Below, in pieces: positions 1 through 12,021 of a stretch of 64,000 nucleotides of DNA (positions are counted from its first letter, which is position 1; each line of letters begins with the position of its first letter). The stretch is from Escherichia phage BYEP02. The notes under the pieces were generated by a model, which was given only the letters and a program-made list of their open reading frames with translations, ran no database searches and was not told the origin of the DNA. The DNA is taken from sequence record OR757454.1, one strand, 5' to 3'. The translations under genes and the position numbers were made by a program.

Positions 1-109
1 TAGTAATTATTGGACACGTGAAGAAGCAATGATTATTGCAACTTACGCTGGACAAGTACGTATTGAACGTGGTGGTAATGAAAAAGAACTTTACTCTGAG
101 GACCTTTAC
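1..109 (+). CDS. 3' end of an early-region ORF (5' end outside window)
   Basis: open frame entering window, stop TAA 107-109; no motif recognised. Confidence 0.3.
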
Positions 110-111
110 TA

Positions 112-393
112 ATGAATCTTAAACAACTCCAGATTGATGCTATTGAAGCCCACATTAATCATATCAAACGCCTGAATGCTATGATGGAAGAAAATTATGG
201 TATGTATGCTAATCAGCCTGGTTGGGATGCTTTAGACCATCCTTATTTGGTTAATTTATGTAAAGGTGATACGTTAGCAATTATTCGTGATGGGTTAAAA
301 CCTTTCTTGCGCGACATGTATATTAAAATGAACGAAGAAATTATTAGCTCGTTTCAATATCAATTAAGGAAATTAGACGATGAGAATAATTGA
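112..393 (+). CDS. hypothetical small early protein (93 aa)
   Basis: ORF track 112..393; lies in the early cluster upstream of asiA by T4 synteny. Confidence 0.4.
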   Translation: MNLKQLQIDAIEAHINHIKRLNAMMEENYGMYANQPGWDALDHPYLVNLCKGDTLAIIRDGLKPFLRDMYIKMNEEIISSFQYQLRKLDDENN

Positions 394-604
394 TTCTAAA
401 GCAGATTATTTTAATTCTGTTAATGATAAGAATAAAGCTTTAATTCGTCACTTTATTACTGAGATGGGATATACTGACTCTAAAGATTTGAAAGAGCACA
501 TTATCGAATGTTCTGTGGCTAAAAAGTTTTCTTTCACAGACAAATGTTTAAATGAGGTTATAAATCATTATGAACAATCTTGTAGCAAAACACGATTTCA
601 ATAA
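380..604 (+). CDS. hypothetical small early protein (74 aa)
   Basis: ORF track; start overlaps previous ORF end. Confidence 0.35.
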   Translation: MRIIDSKADYFNSVNDKNKALIRHFITEMGYTDSKDLKEHIIECSVAKKFSFTDKCLNEVINHYEQSCSKTRFQ

Positions 605-678
605 GGCTTCTGTCCATAAGGACAAGAAGAAATCAGAACTTCAATCTAAACGCAAACAAAAACATAAGGGTAAAGACT

Positions 679-978
679 ATGCTTACTAAAATCAAAGAAA
701 ATCCTGCCACTGAACTTGTTATTCGATGTGAAGAACTTGCAGAGCTTTATCAGGTTAACCGAGAAGTGTGTCGTAGTGTTATCGTAGATATGGCAGACGA
801 AGTATGTTCTCGTATTCCTTTTAGTGTCGATTTCAATCACATGAAGCCTGGTGAAATCACTATCGTCTTTGGTTCTGACTATACTGAAGAACGGGCTCTT
901 AATGTCCTAGAATATGAAATGTCATTCTTCGACATACAGGACTACATTGATAGTTATAAGGAACAATATGAGTCATAA
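679..978 (+). CDS. hypothetical small early protein (99 aa), arn-region by synteny
   Basis: ORF track; position between motA side and asiA corresponds to T4 arn cluster; identity to Arn not verified. Confidence 0.4.
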   Translation: MLTKIKENPATELVIRCEELAELYQVNREVCRSVIVDMADEVCSRIPFSVDFNHMKPGEITIVFGSDYTEERALNVLEYEMSFFDIQDYIDSYKEQYES

Positions 979-1129
979 TCTTCAGAACGTAGTAGAGGCC
1001 GAACGTGAGCGTGAGGCTTTAGTCTATAATGAACTATTAGTTCCATTCTTGGCCTTACACTCGTATGAACAGGAAGACTACATTGATTACGTTAAAAGCG
1101 TAGAAAAAGCCGTTTACAATCAACACTGA
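968..1129 (+). CDS. hypothetical small early protein (53 aa)
   Basis: ATG 968 (MSHNLQ...) overlapping end of previous ORF. Confidence 0.35.
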   Translation: MSHNLQNVVEAEREREALVYNELLVPFLALHSYEQEDYIDYVKSVEKAVYNQH

Positions 1130-1175
1130 TAATGGTACTATATCCATATCAACTAAGTGGAATGAATAAAACGTT

Positions 1176-1448
1176 ATGAATAAAGACATTGAAATCGTAC
1201 GCGAAATTATTACTATTGCTTCTATTTTGATTAAATTCTCTAGGGAAGATATTGTTGAAGACCGAGCAAGTTTCATCGGATTCTTGAATGAGATTGGAAT
1301 TAAAAAAGATGGTCGGCAGCTAAATCAGAATTCGTTCAGAAAACTAATTACAAATTTAACTGCCGAAGAAAAGAAAACACTGATTAGTGAATTCAATGAA
1401 GGTTTTGAAAATATTTATCGTCATTTAGCGATGTATTCTAACAACTAA
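1176..1448 (+). CDS. asiA: AsiA anti-sigma70 factor / middle transcription co-activator
   Basis: 90 aa, MNKDIEIVREIITIASILIKFSREDIVE... matches T4 AsiA from memory; adjacent to holin t. Confidence 0.9.
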   Translation: MNKDIEIVREIITIASILIKFSREDIVEDRASFIGFLNEIGIKKDGRQLNQNSFRKLITNLTAEEKKTLISEFNEGFENIYRHLAMYSNN

Positions 1449-2108
1449 TTATTTAGCCCTTCCTAGTATTCGGACCGCTTGGTTGCATATAGCCGCTAAG
1501 CGATCTTCCTCAAGTATATTATTCCCCTTATACCAATACATCGTCACAGTTCCAGCATAGATGTTATCCAAATTAAAGTATGGACAACTATACATATAAG
1601 AAAGTTCGGCAGTCTTAGATTTTGTAGGCAAAAATGCAAATTCTGATTTAGATGAGAAATGACGGCCACTTAAATGAATTATATATTCATTAGCCGTTTT
1701 ATCCACCGGGAATCCACCAAGGGACTTTTCAGAAATTGTGCTAGGTAGTTTGCCTTCATAAGCTATAAGGTCGACAAAATAATTTAAGTTTTTAGGTCTG
1801 AAAGAATACACAGCACTAAAATCTGCACCAGATGAGATATGAACTATTTGCAGTTGTTCTAGAGCCGCAGATTCAAAACGTAAAGCTCGTTCTTTTTGGA
1901 TTATTTCAGTATAAGTATCATACTTAGCTCTTACATAATAATCCAGCAAAATACTTCCTTTGTACCATATTAGTGCCATTAGGAACAAAAGAATAATTAC
2001 CGCTACTCGGGACATTAAAACCTTTCCAGTAGCGTTATCTTTGAAAATACGATCTAGCAACCCAAATAGAATATCACTAGGCGAAAATGACACTTTTGGT
2101 GTTGCCAT
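1449..2108 (-). CDS. t: holin T
   Basis: 219 aa, ...SFSPSDILFG...RILGRAK matches T4 holin; synteny 38-t-asiA. Confidence 0.9.
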   Translation of the reverse strand: MATPKVSFSPSDILFGLLDRIFKDNATGKVLMSRVAVIILLFLMALIWYKGSILLDYYVRAKYDTYTEIIQKERALRFESAALEQLQIVHISSGADFSAVYSFRPKNLNYFVDLIAYEGKLPSTISEKSLGGFPVDKTANEYIIHLSGRHFSSKSEFAFLPTKSKTAELSYMYSCPYFNLDNIYAGTVTMYWYKGNNILEEDRLAAICNQAVRILGRAK

Positions 2109-2117
2109 AATACCTCC

Positions 2118-2669
2118 TTACTTAAAGATATTTATAATCGCTTTGATAATAGATTTGTTTTCAAGGTCAGGGAATTTAGGGAATTCGCCGCCAAGATGTT
2201 CATGTTTTTCTAAAAGGGCAAAGAATTTTTTGAGCTCTTTAAATTTTCGTTTTTCTTCTCTATTAGCAACCTCTGCGTCAATAAGAGAACTTAAAACACT
2301 GAATAATTTATAGAGTTCATGAATTTTCTTATCACGTTGAACTACGCGTTTATATGCTTCATCTTCCTTCCACCCGTCGTCGGTCCAAATGTCAAATTCA
2401 CCAGGTTCTTCTGTAGTAACATTTTGAAGAGCACCTGGAGTGTCAATAACAATTTTTTGCTTATCATAAGTCCATACTGTTTTTCCACGATGGTCTTCAA
2501 TATATACCCATTCTTGTTCACGTTCGTCAAATACAACAGCGTAACCTTCTTTAGGGTCTAAAGGTTTTTTTGGTGTTGAATGAGCCGGAAATCCTACGCC
2601 TTTTAATGGTTTATAATTTTCTTCTTTGTAAAATTCTTTAGTGTCAAAATAATAATGATAGAGTTTCAT
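2118..2669 (-). CDS. 38: gp38 long tail fibre assembly chaperone (T4-type)
   Basis: 183 aa, MKLYHYYFDTKEFYKEENYKP... as T4 gp38; directly downstream of gene 37. Confidence 0.85.
   Translation of the reverse strand: MKLYHYYFDTKEFYKEENYKPLKGVGFPAHSTPKKPLDPKEGYAVVFDEREQEWVYIEDHRGKTVWTYDKQKIVIDTPGALQNVTTEEPGEFDIWTDDGWKEDEAYKRVVQRDKKIHELYKLFSVLSSLIDAEVANREEKRKFKELKKFFALLEKHEHLGGEFPKFPDLENKSIIKAIINIFK
2129..2136 (-). promoter_or_regulatory. T4-type late promoter motif (TATAAATA) upstream of holin t
   Basis: TATTTATA on plus strand 21 nt upstream of t start codon. Confidence 0.4.
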
Positions 2670-2673
2670 ATTA

Positions 2674-2696
2674 TAAAAAGGGGCCGAAGCCCCTCT
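2674..2696 (-). terminator. rho-independent terminator after gene 37
   Basis: hairpin AGGGGCCGAAGCCCCT (2679-2694) followed on minus strand by T-run. Confidence 0.5.
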
Positions 2697-2698
2697 CC

Positions 2699-5600
2699 TT
2701 ATGCTAAACGAACGATATAGTTAAAAGCAATGTTTTTAACCGTGTTTTCTGTATTACCTGTACTATTTACAGTGATAGTATGTCCGTGCGAACCAATAGC
2801 TACCGTGTGGGTATGAGCACCAATACCGACCGAATGGCTATGGGCACCGATACCTACAGTATGCGCGTGGTTACCCGTAGAGCTAGTAGTACCAGACCAA
2901 GTATGGGTATGGTTACCTTCTGTTGACGACTTTGCAATATATTGGCTTGTACCAGGCACAACACCGTTGCTTAGGCCAAAACCAACAACCAGGGTTCCGC
3001 TAATTCGAGTAGATCCATTAGGATATATTCCTGTGGGTTGATTATTAGTACCCCTTGGACCGGTTTGTGAGTGTTGGTGCGCACCAGCGGAACTAGTATT
3101 ACCACTCACTGTATGGCTATGGTTACCAGTGGTATTACTGGTCTTAGTACCATAATCAAAGCTTGAAGTCGTTTTGCTACCGTAATCAAAACTAGAAGTG
3201 GTCTTAGTACCCAAATCTGTGCTTGATGCACTTGCACTATGGCTATGTGACTTAACACCGTCTGCTTCTGTACTCAATACAGCACGCCCGGATGGTTTAC
3301 CCTTGATAGTTTGACCACGCATATCAGGCAGAGTGCCGGAAGGATACACCGCAGCTAACTTAGGATACAAGTCAGCATCAAATGTTTGACCTTCCATTAT
3401 GGCATAACCTTCAGGAGGTGTATCAGTAGGCCAAGGAATCGGAGCACCAATAGGATAACTTGAGACAATATCCGTCTTAAGGTTATTTATTGTGGTATTC
3501 AAGTTAGCAAAATTACCAGAACCACCTGTGATGTTACCGTCAGTACCAATTCGAATATTATTAATTTTAAGAGGCTTAGTAATATCGACTGTATCAGCAT
3601 TCAATGCAATGCCGTGGGAGTAAGTGTAATTATGCATACGAACAACATTACCACCATCGCCAATACCTAAATACCATTTTGTTACATCTGCTTTACGTCC
3701 TTGAATAAAGTTAGATGATGCTTGAGATGATGCGTTGAGCACAATACCGTCAGAATCCATGTTAACACGAAGTCTAACATCAGTCTGAACGAATTTTGAT
3801 ACATTATCAATAGTAAGCAAATTTTTTCCAGCTTGTGTATGATTACCAATCATAACACTGCCATTTGCAAGATTGATGGTAAATGGGCGTAAATTACTTA
3901 TTCCACCACTTTTACCAGCGTCTTTAAGAGTAGGAATAATATAAAAGCTAGTTTCTGAACGACGGAAAATAGCGCCGTATTCAGCATTCCAAATTCTCAA
4001 CGCATCTGCTGTTCCACCGAATTTAGCCTGACCATTTACAGATAATCCATTATTTGCAACTAAACTTGATTCAGTAACAATAGAACCAGATGATGTAATA
4101 CCACCAGAAGTTAATAAACCACCATTAACTCGAAATTGAATAGGTCCGACGGTAGAACCTGATCCGGGAGCAACTCGTTGAGAATAAAAATGGTAACCTT
4201 GTCCATCTGATACTTGAAAAACTGTTTCACGAGCACGATTGCCAGATGCATTAAAGGCATTACCCCATGCTTTGATAGATAGATAACTTTTATTCTGACC
4301 TGGGCGAGTACCGGCGGCCCACAATATAGTTTTAGTGCCATCTGTTGTTGTAGGAGCGTCAAGTTGAATACCATCGGGTCTAGCACCAGTAAGAACTAAT
4401 CTATAGTTTTAGTGCCATCTGTTGTTGTAGGAGCGTCAAGTTGAATACCGTCGGGTCTAGCACCAGTAAGAACTAATCCGTTATCAAATTTAATTCTTTG
4501 TATTGAAGATACTGTTCCGTCGGCATAAAACTGTACGTTATTAGAGCCAGTTACCAATTTCAAAATACCCGGGTTAACTTCCATGCCTTCTTGAGTATTA
4601 ATATTAGTTTTGCCTTTACCACGGAAATAGTGGTTCATTTTTCCGCCTGAGTTATAGCCAATATGTGTCTGACCGTCTCCAGCAGTGTTTTCATCAGCTT
4701 GTGTTTGAACTGATAAAAATGCAGCGTTCGTTCCAGGCATAATCCATGTTGTACCTTGGTCTTCTGAGCGTCCAAATATTGCTTTACGAGTACTACGGAA
4801 ACTATCAGGTGTGATAGATGCCAAAGATAAACCAGAACCAACGAAATCAAATACACCAGTTTTTCTATAAACTAGACCAGTTCCATTATCGCCTAAAGCA
4901 AGAAATATATTTCCTAGTGCCCCAGCATTTCCATAATCGCTTGACGGAAACCCTTGCGTCACAGTACCAATGGCCAAGCTATTGCGAATAATCATTCTAC
5001 CGTCGTTACGAATACCATATAGTTTAAATAACGGTGTATTACCAGTCCACCATGACATTTCATCTGCCAGTCCAGTCTGAGCTGTACAAATTTCATGGTA
5101 AATAGTTCCACCTGATTTAGCACGAACTTTACGAAGATAGTTTACGCCATTTGTTTCACCTGTTCCAGGATAAACATACTGAACTAATGACTGTGAATCA
5201 TATTGTCCAAAGGCTTTAGAATCGTGATTAATTAAATTAACACTAATAGTTGGTGTACTAATAGAAGTTAAAGCAGTTAATTTGCGTGCCTGGAAGATAC
5301 CACCATCAGTAGAAATGAAATGAAATTCTGAATTTTGAGCTCCCGCAGCGGTTCCTTGACGAACACGCATTGTAATTACGCCTTCATTTTCAGACTGCGG
5401 TTTTGAATATAAAACGCCACGTTCTGAGCCATTTGTATTTTCAAACCAAAGATGGGCATTTGCAGTATCGTTTGTTGCTCTTGCATAAAATGAACCCTGT
5501 GTAGATCTGAAAACTTTTGCTGTTACGCCATCAGTAGAACCAATAGGTCCATTTACAGTCATTCCACCCGTTTGTACATAATCGCCATTTAATCTCAAAA

Positions 5601-5799
5601 GACCATTGATAGTTACATTTCCATCAATTTGACCGCCTTTAGCAATACCTAAATCAATGATATTTCCTGAATCATCTTTAGTAAAAATTGTTCTATCTTT
5701 TAAGTTTATAGCCAATTCACCTTCGGCTAATACTGAAGCAGCAGGACGTGCACCTGCGGTTTTGCTTCTTTTAAATTGTATTTGTTTTAAAGTAGCCAT
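2699..5799 (-). CDS. 37: gp37 long tail fibre distal subunit, reading frame broken by a 77-bp tandem duplication (4325-4478)
   Basis: N-term [22 protein letters not shown]...; C-terminal His-x-His repeats; two ORF pieces 4396..5799 and 2699..4324; 1007 codons after removing one repeat copy. Confidence 0.85.
4325..4478. repeat. 77-bp direct tandem duplication inside gene 37
   Basis: copies 4325-4401 and 4402-4478; 1 mismatch. Confidence 0.9.
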
Positions 5800-5807
5800 A
5801 AGTCCTC

Positions 5808-6473
5808 TTAATAATAGCCGAAATCTTGAACAGAATCCTTAATTACGATTTGGTCAAATCGTGGAACATGTGAAGGTTGAGATGCGGGATTCTGCGAGAA
5901 AAAGTTTGGCGCGGTTAAATTACCTGTCATAGTGTCGCCAGAACGCAACACTCTAGAGTTCGCATTTGCTGTAACAGTATTTATTGCTCCATCAACATAG
6001 TCCTTTCTAGTAAGGTCATTTGCTGATACAGGAGAAACTGCATTACTTCTTATTTGACCTACTGCTGTCACAACGCCTTTTGTACTAATATCACCATTAC
6101 GTGCATTAATTACAACATTTCGTTCCGCTGAACCTTGTGATGATTTAAAACCAATACCATTCCACGAAACAATATCAATATTTGCTACAGCAAAAGTAGC
6201 ATTATCACCGTTACCTGGATAAATACCGCATTGGTTTGTGTTGTTTATAGCATACGGAACTTGTACGCCACCGTTAAATGTTACCTTTGATGCATAAGTA
6301 CCACCATTAGCTTTAGAAACGAAATCGTTATCAGTTGCCTGTGGTTTATTATATTCTGAATATATTTTAAATGATTTATAGAGTACATCGTCACCGGCTG
6401 GATTCAATGGAAAATTTCCTTGATGCCAAATGACAGAGCCTCCGGTTGTTGAACCTACTTTTAAATCAGCCAT
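5808..6473 (-). CDS. 36: gp36 long tail fibre hinge/distal connector
   Basis: 221 aa, [21 protein letters not shown]... equals T4 gp36 length. Confidence 0.85.
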   Translation of the reverse strand: MADLKVGSTTGGSVIWHQGNFPLNPAGDDVLYKSFKIYSEYNKPQATDNDFVSKANGGTYASKVTFNGGVQVPYAINNTNQCGIYPGNGDNATFAVANIDIVSWNGIGFKSSQGSAERNVVINARNGDISTKGVVTAVGQIRSNAVSPVSANDLTRKDYVDGAINTVTANANSRVLRSGDTMTGNLTAPNFFSQNPASQPSHVPRFDQIVIKDSVQDFGYY

Positions 6474-6496
6474 TGTATGCCCCTTTATTTTAATAG

Positions 6497-6504
6497 TATT
6501 TATA
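6497..6504 (-). promoter_or_regulatory. late promoter motif TATAAATA upstream of gene 36 (second copy at 6574-6581 inside duplication)
   Basis: TATTTATA on plus strand 24 nt upstream of gene 36 start. Confidence 0.5.
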
Positions 6505-6512
6505 AAGAAAAA

Positions 6513-6530
6513 GGGAGCCCGAAGGCTCCC
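6513..6530 (-). terminator. terminator hairpin after gene 35 (second, mutated copy at 6590-6607)
   Basis: GGGAGCCCGAAGGCTCCC followed on minus strand by T-run. Confidence 0.5.
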
Positions 6531-6612
6531 TCAATTTATACTTCTCTAAATTCTTGCCCCTTTATTTTAATAGTATTTATAAAGAAAAAGGGAACCCGAA
6601 GGCTCCCTCAAT

Positions 6613-7808
6613 TTATACTTCTCTAAATTCTTGCCCAAACACTTTACCAGTTTTAGACGATGCTTGTGTAGGAAGTACCATTATATCCGGAGGTGAAGCA
6701 GATTCGCAGATATAATTAACACGAATACCATTGACGCCAAATTCAGCAGGTTTTGAAATGCCGCCATTTCTTGATACTTCAGAAAAGCTTAAATTTCTCA
6801 TGCCACCTTGGCCAGCTTTAGCAGTTCTCTGTGCATATATCGTAAATCCTACTGCGTTTTCTGGAACAACTACATAATCTTCCTTTAATTCCCATGACCC
6901 AGCTTGCCCAGTAAATTCAGCTTGTGTCGAGGAAATATATCCATTTGATGCATTATAAAAACGGATAGATATATTTGTAGTTCCAAGAGCAAGTAAATCA
7001 GCATCGGCGTATAGCTGTGTTTTAAGATAAAGAACATCACCAGGAATTAAATTATAATCAGAGAGTTTACTTATTGCAGCCGAAGTTGGTAGACGCGCAA
7101 TTTCGTTATTAGTTCCACCAACCGCTGACATAAATTGCTCAACGCTTTCATACGTTCTTCTTGGAAAGCCGGTAGCTCCGACGTCTTCTAAACTGTCAAA
7201 TACAACATCTAAAATAGTTTGATAATCATCTGTGCTTTTTCTATTACTCAGTTTAACATGCTCTAATGCAATAGCTCTTTTAGAAGAAGTATAAAAAGCA
7301 GCATATGATACGTCGAATCTTGACAGTACAGAGTCAGATGGAAAAGCAGACGTTCCAGCGGTTCTTAGCCAAGATACTACCTCAGGAGGAAAATTAACCT
7401 TTCCACTGGTTAATATAGCAACAAGTCTGTTGTTTGAAAAAGAATTCATGAAACTAACAAAAGCAGCTGATGTAGTATCATTTGAAGTCGAAAAAGCATA
7501 TGACTTACTATCAACTAATGCTCCTGTAGAAGGGTCAAAAACTCTTAAATGAAGTCCTGCGCTAAATGTTTGACTTCCAACAGGATTATCCTGAAATTTA
7601 ACGTAGAAGGGTCAAAAACTCTTAAATGAAGTCCTGCGCTAAATGTTTGACTTCCAACAGGATTATCCTGAAATTTAACGTATGGTCCTTCTGCAGTAGA
7701 AAGCGGGCAAGAACCCGCTATACTTATTTTATATCTTACTGAATTGCTTTCCGATAAAAATGGCGTTTGGACATATCCTTGTCCAAACTCTGCCATAAAT
7801 TTTTCCAT
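6613..7808 (-). CDS. 35: gp35 long tail fibre hinge, frame broken by 77-bp duplication (7526-7679)
   Basis: MEKFMAEFGQGYVQTPFLSES... N-term and ...GQEFREV C-term; 372 aa after removing one repeat copy. Confidence 0.8.
7526..7679. repeat. 77-bp direct tandem duplication inside gene 35
   Basis: copies 7526-7602 and 7603-7679; identical. Confidence 0.9.
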
Positions 7809-7917
7809 AATACCTCTTATTCAACCCATTCAAATTTAACCGTTTGGACATATCCTTGTCCAAACTCTGCCATAAATTTTTCCATAATACCTCTTATTCA
7901 ACCCATTCAAATTTAAC
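7764..7917. repeat. 77-bp direct tandem duplication spanning gene 35 start and gene 34 stop
   Basis: copies 7764-7840 and 7841-7917; identical. Confidence 0.9.
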
Positions 7918-10900
7918 AGTTTTATTCACTGGGTCAGGAATAATGCGAACATTACCAATTCGTAAGAAATCACGAATAGTAAGATTTCCCATTGTAGCAT
8001 TATCAGATGGTAAAGCACCGATATCAGACGGTTGAGGAGGGTTACCTCCGTCAAATACCTGAACAAAACTTGACCAAGAGTTTTTGGTTTTCTGCCATGT
8101 ACGTGTCCAGCGAGTGGTACGCGCTTCTGGCGTCGTTGGATAAGTAATCCAATCTTGGTAAAGCGAATCAAGTGTGTTACCAAACTGAGTCAGTGTACCA
8201 GGAGATTTAACTTCTTCTCCACGTTCTAAGTATGGAAGCCCAGTCACTTCATTAGTTTTTTCAACCATTTTAAAATAACCCGGAAACTGGTTATAAGTGG
8301 CTGAATCGTTAATATCAATTGACCAGAATCCTACAGTATCAGATGTTGGTGCACGGGTGTATAAATCAGATGTTTTAGTACCCTGAGAACGAATTCTCGA
8401 GTTAACAGTCAAACCACCTGAATTTATAGTAGCACCTTTGGCAATGATTAAGCTTTCACCAATCGTTACTTGGCCAGATGCATTATTAATTGATAATGGA
8501 CGTAATCCATTAAATCCGCCAGTCTGATCACCAGATGCAGTAAGCATAAAATATGTGCTACCGCCATCATTCCTGATAAAGAATCCATAATCACCATTTA
8601 TTGCTCTGAAAGCATTTGCAGACTTGCTAATGAATTCACCATTGGCTGTAACTGAACGACCGAATGTTGCAACACCATTCACATTCATCAAACCGGAAGC
8701 ATTAATGTTTATTGGCATTACAGTACCATTAATGCTAAACGCTATATTCCCATCTTTATTACGTTGAGAATAAAAATGATTAGACGTTTCATCACCAACT
8801 TCAAATACAGTAGAACGTGTTGTATCTGATCCGCCACCAAACTGATTTCCCCATACTCTGATAGTCATCGTCTGTGCTGGGTTAGTTCCAGTCTGAGGTC
8901 CTTTCTCAAAAATCAGACGAGTTGCCGTTCCAGTATTAGAAATAGTTAATGTACTATTTGCCGAAACTGATCCACCAAACGTAGCAGTACTAAATGATAC
9001 AAGAGGGGCACTCAGATTCATTTGTTGGGTTAAGGTTAGTGAACCATTAACCGTCTGTGCAATATCCCTACGAATGAACTGAGATGAATCTAGACCATCC
9101 AATAAATTTGTATCAGCAGCTTTTGCTTTTAACGGCAAATAATTTGCTAATACACGGTTTAATTCATATGGTGATACCGCATAGCTATTTTTCCAGCTTT
9201 TGCTTTTAACGGCAAATAATTTGCTAATACACGGTTTAATTCATATGGTGATACTGCATAGCTATTTTTCTCATACAGTTCTAAATCTTGTGTAGAACCG
9301 ACTGTATCATTACCAACGAATGTAATTGAACCAGATGAAGTTTTAACAAAACCTCTTATCGCAGTAGTAGCTGCCCAAGTAGGTTCACTCTGCACAATCC
9401 ATTTTAAATTTTTTGGAGATACAGCAGTGTTCGCTGACGTTCCAGTCACAGTTTCAGACTGGGTTGCAACTTTAATAACACCTTCCTGTGCTTCAGTAGA
9501 TTTAGTACCTAAAAGCTTTTTAGGAGTTATTAAAACATTATCTAATGTTCCTGCAGCAGCTTCAACTTGTGTAGCTACACGAAGTGTACCGCGCTGTGTC
9601 TCATTTGCTTCAAGAATATTAAGTGTATAATGGTCCCAGAGAGTTCCTGATTCAACTAATCCAGATAGAGCAACAACAGAAGTACGATCAGTACTATTAA
9701 ATCTAGTTTTAATTTTTAATGGTGTAGAGATACGAGTATCGTCGACGCCTGCGTCGAATTCAACTTGTGTAGCAATTTCAGCTATACCACTTAAACTTTC
9801 AGTTGCTCTACGGTCATTTAAAGTTTTAGGAGTGACTGCACGAGTATAATCAGTCCCAGCATTAGTTTCTGCTTGCGTAGCAATTTCAATTAAACCAATT
9901 CTTCCATCAGTTGATGTCTTTTTATGTAACGTTTCTGGCGTTACAACAGCATTTGCCCATCCTTGCTGACTTTGTCCAGCAATTACTTCACTTTCAACTG
10001 CTAAAATTACTGCACCCTGTTGAGTAGGCGTAGCTTTATACTGATCCAAAGCTTTAGGCGAAACAACTAAATTATTAGTGTTTTTATTATAAACATTCGT
10101 ACCATTTAATTCACGGCTAGAAGCTGGAGTAGCACCTGCAGTAGATACAAAAGTTACAATACCAGATAATGATTCAGAACCTTGACGAGCTTGAAGCTTT
10201 TTAGGAGTGATGATTGTAGTATCATCAAAGTTACAATACCAGATAATGATTCAGAACCTTGACGAGCTTGAAGCTTTTTAGGAGTGATGATTGTAGTATC
10301 ATCGGTTCCTGTATTAGTTTCTTGCTGCGTAGCAATTTCAGCAACACCTCTGCGAGTTTCTGTAGCAGTTCTTTCATTCAGCTTTTTAGGAGTAATGATA
10401 AGGTCATCTGCAAAAGAGAATGTGGTGTTCTGATTCACTTGAGCAGTAGTTGCTATTCTTGCGATACCTCTACGAGTTTCTGTAGCAGTACGGTTAGCTA
10501 ATGTTTCTGGAGTAATTGCTAATTCTTTTTGTGGAGAATTTTCTAAATCGACGTTAGCTTGAGCTTGTGTAGCTAAAGCAATTACGCCTAATCTTGCTCT
10601 AGTAGAATCATTTAAAGAATCAACTCTTTCTACAGTTGGAACATTTTGTTGCACAACCCAGTATTTTCCATCAGAATCTTCTATATAAGCAAGTTGTAAA
10701 ACTGGAACATAATTAGTTTCACCATTAAAAACTAATTCTTGAACTGTTACCCATTCAGCCTCAGGCAGATATTCTGAGCGTTTTGGGAATTGCAGCAATT
10801 GAACTGAAGAAGCAATTTTATCTTCACCGGCAGCTTTGATTTTAACTGTTTGTCCTTTTCTCATGTAATTCATGGAAATTTTAACAGTATCACCAACAGA

Positions 10901-11917
10901 AATATTAGTTGGAAGCTGAAGTTCAATTGTCTGAGTTGTTCCGTTATTCGCACCAAATACCATGACTTCTTCATTTGGACGAATATTAGAATTAGTCGTT
11001 ATAATGCGTAAACGCGCTTTACTGTCACCGTCAAACAATCTCCACAATTTCTCATTATCATCAAACATCAAGAAACCGTCAATCGATGTACGGCCTTCAA
11101 TGGAATGAGTTCCAACTTCTTGTACTGAAGTCGTTTCATCGTATGTAGTAACAATTGTATGATAAAGTGGATTCAGTTTATCTAAATCGACGAAATTAAT
11201 AATATCGCCATGATTAGCAAATCTTGGAAGTTTAACATTAATTGGTGCAGCAGAAGTAAATCTACGCACGATAAAATCATTAGATTGCGCTTGATAAGTA
11301 TTCGCTGGTGTTACAACTACAGCTTCTCTACTATAATCAGCTACATACATTTGCCACAGACGATTACTAAAAATTAAAACTAGCTGTGACTTTGGATGAG
11401 TCATTAGTACTGAACGTACCTGTTCACCTCTAAAGTTTACAATACTTTGCACTGGAGCTACAATTAAAACTTGGTTAACTCCAGGTTTTCCTCCAATATC
11501 TTGGAGAACGATAGTATCACCGTCAATTGGGGTAGATGGTAAAGTAAATGTAATATCATTACCAGCTGCAGTGTTAACCGAAATAGCTTCACCGGATTTT
11601 AATTGATATGAACCAGATGAGACTGTAATCCAGTTAGCATCGGTACGTAATGCTCTCCAGCGTCCGCTATTAAAAGCTCCTGCCGGTTTTGGAATATCAT
11701 TTATAGCAGCCCAAAAGCGGTTATCATAAATGATTACAAAATCTTTTAAATATCCACGAGTTGGATCGTATTGTTGAACTGTGTTTTCTTGAATTAAGTA
11801 ATCAACGTTAACACCGTCAGTTCCTACGGTACGATCAGCTAAAGCTACGTTGATTATTTTATCACCACCTGCGTCCAGACCATCTTCTGCTCTGAACTTT
11901 CTTTTAATCTCGGCCAT
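7894..11917 (-). CDS. 34: gp34 long tail fibre proximal subunit, frame broken by two 77-bp duplications
   Basis: MAEIKRKFRAEDGLDAGGDK...; 4024 nt minus 154 = 3870 nt = 1289 aa + stop as in T4. Confidence 0.85.
9117..9270. repeat. 77-bp direct tandem duplication inside gene 34
   Basis: copies 9117-9193 and 9194-9270; 1 mismatch. Confidence 0.9.
10150..10303. repeat. 77-bp direct tandem duplication inside gene 34
   Basis: copies 10150-10226 and 10227-10303; identical. Confidence 0.9.
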
Positions 11918-11951
11918 TCTCCCGGGCTCCTATTGTGTTTTCAATAATAAG

Positions 11952-11959
11952 TATTTATA
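11952..11959 (-). promoter_or_regulatory. late promoter motif TATAAATA upstream of gene 34
   Basis: TATTTATA on plus strand about 35 nt upstream of gene 34 start. Confidence 0.5.
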
Positions 11960-12021
11960 CTTGTTTACTTTAAGATTTGGATGGTATATAATAGAAATCT
12001 CACTAATTGAACGAGGTTCAT

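Larger units (their letters stand above)
6478..6631. repeat. 77-bp direct tandem duplication spanning gene 35 3' end, terminator hairpin and gene 36 late promoter
   Basis: copies 6478-6554 and 6555-6631; 1 mismatch (gggagccc vs gggaaccc in hairpin). Confidence 0.9.

Noticed and set aside
4111-4386. Short ORFs on the opposite strand or in other frames inside structural genes (for example 4111..4386, 7926..8183, 42696..42878, 57190..57534, 56277..56681)
   Set aside because: They are embedded in long, confidently identified genes and have no start context; typical shadow ORFs.
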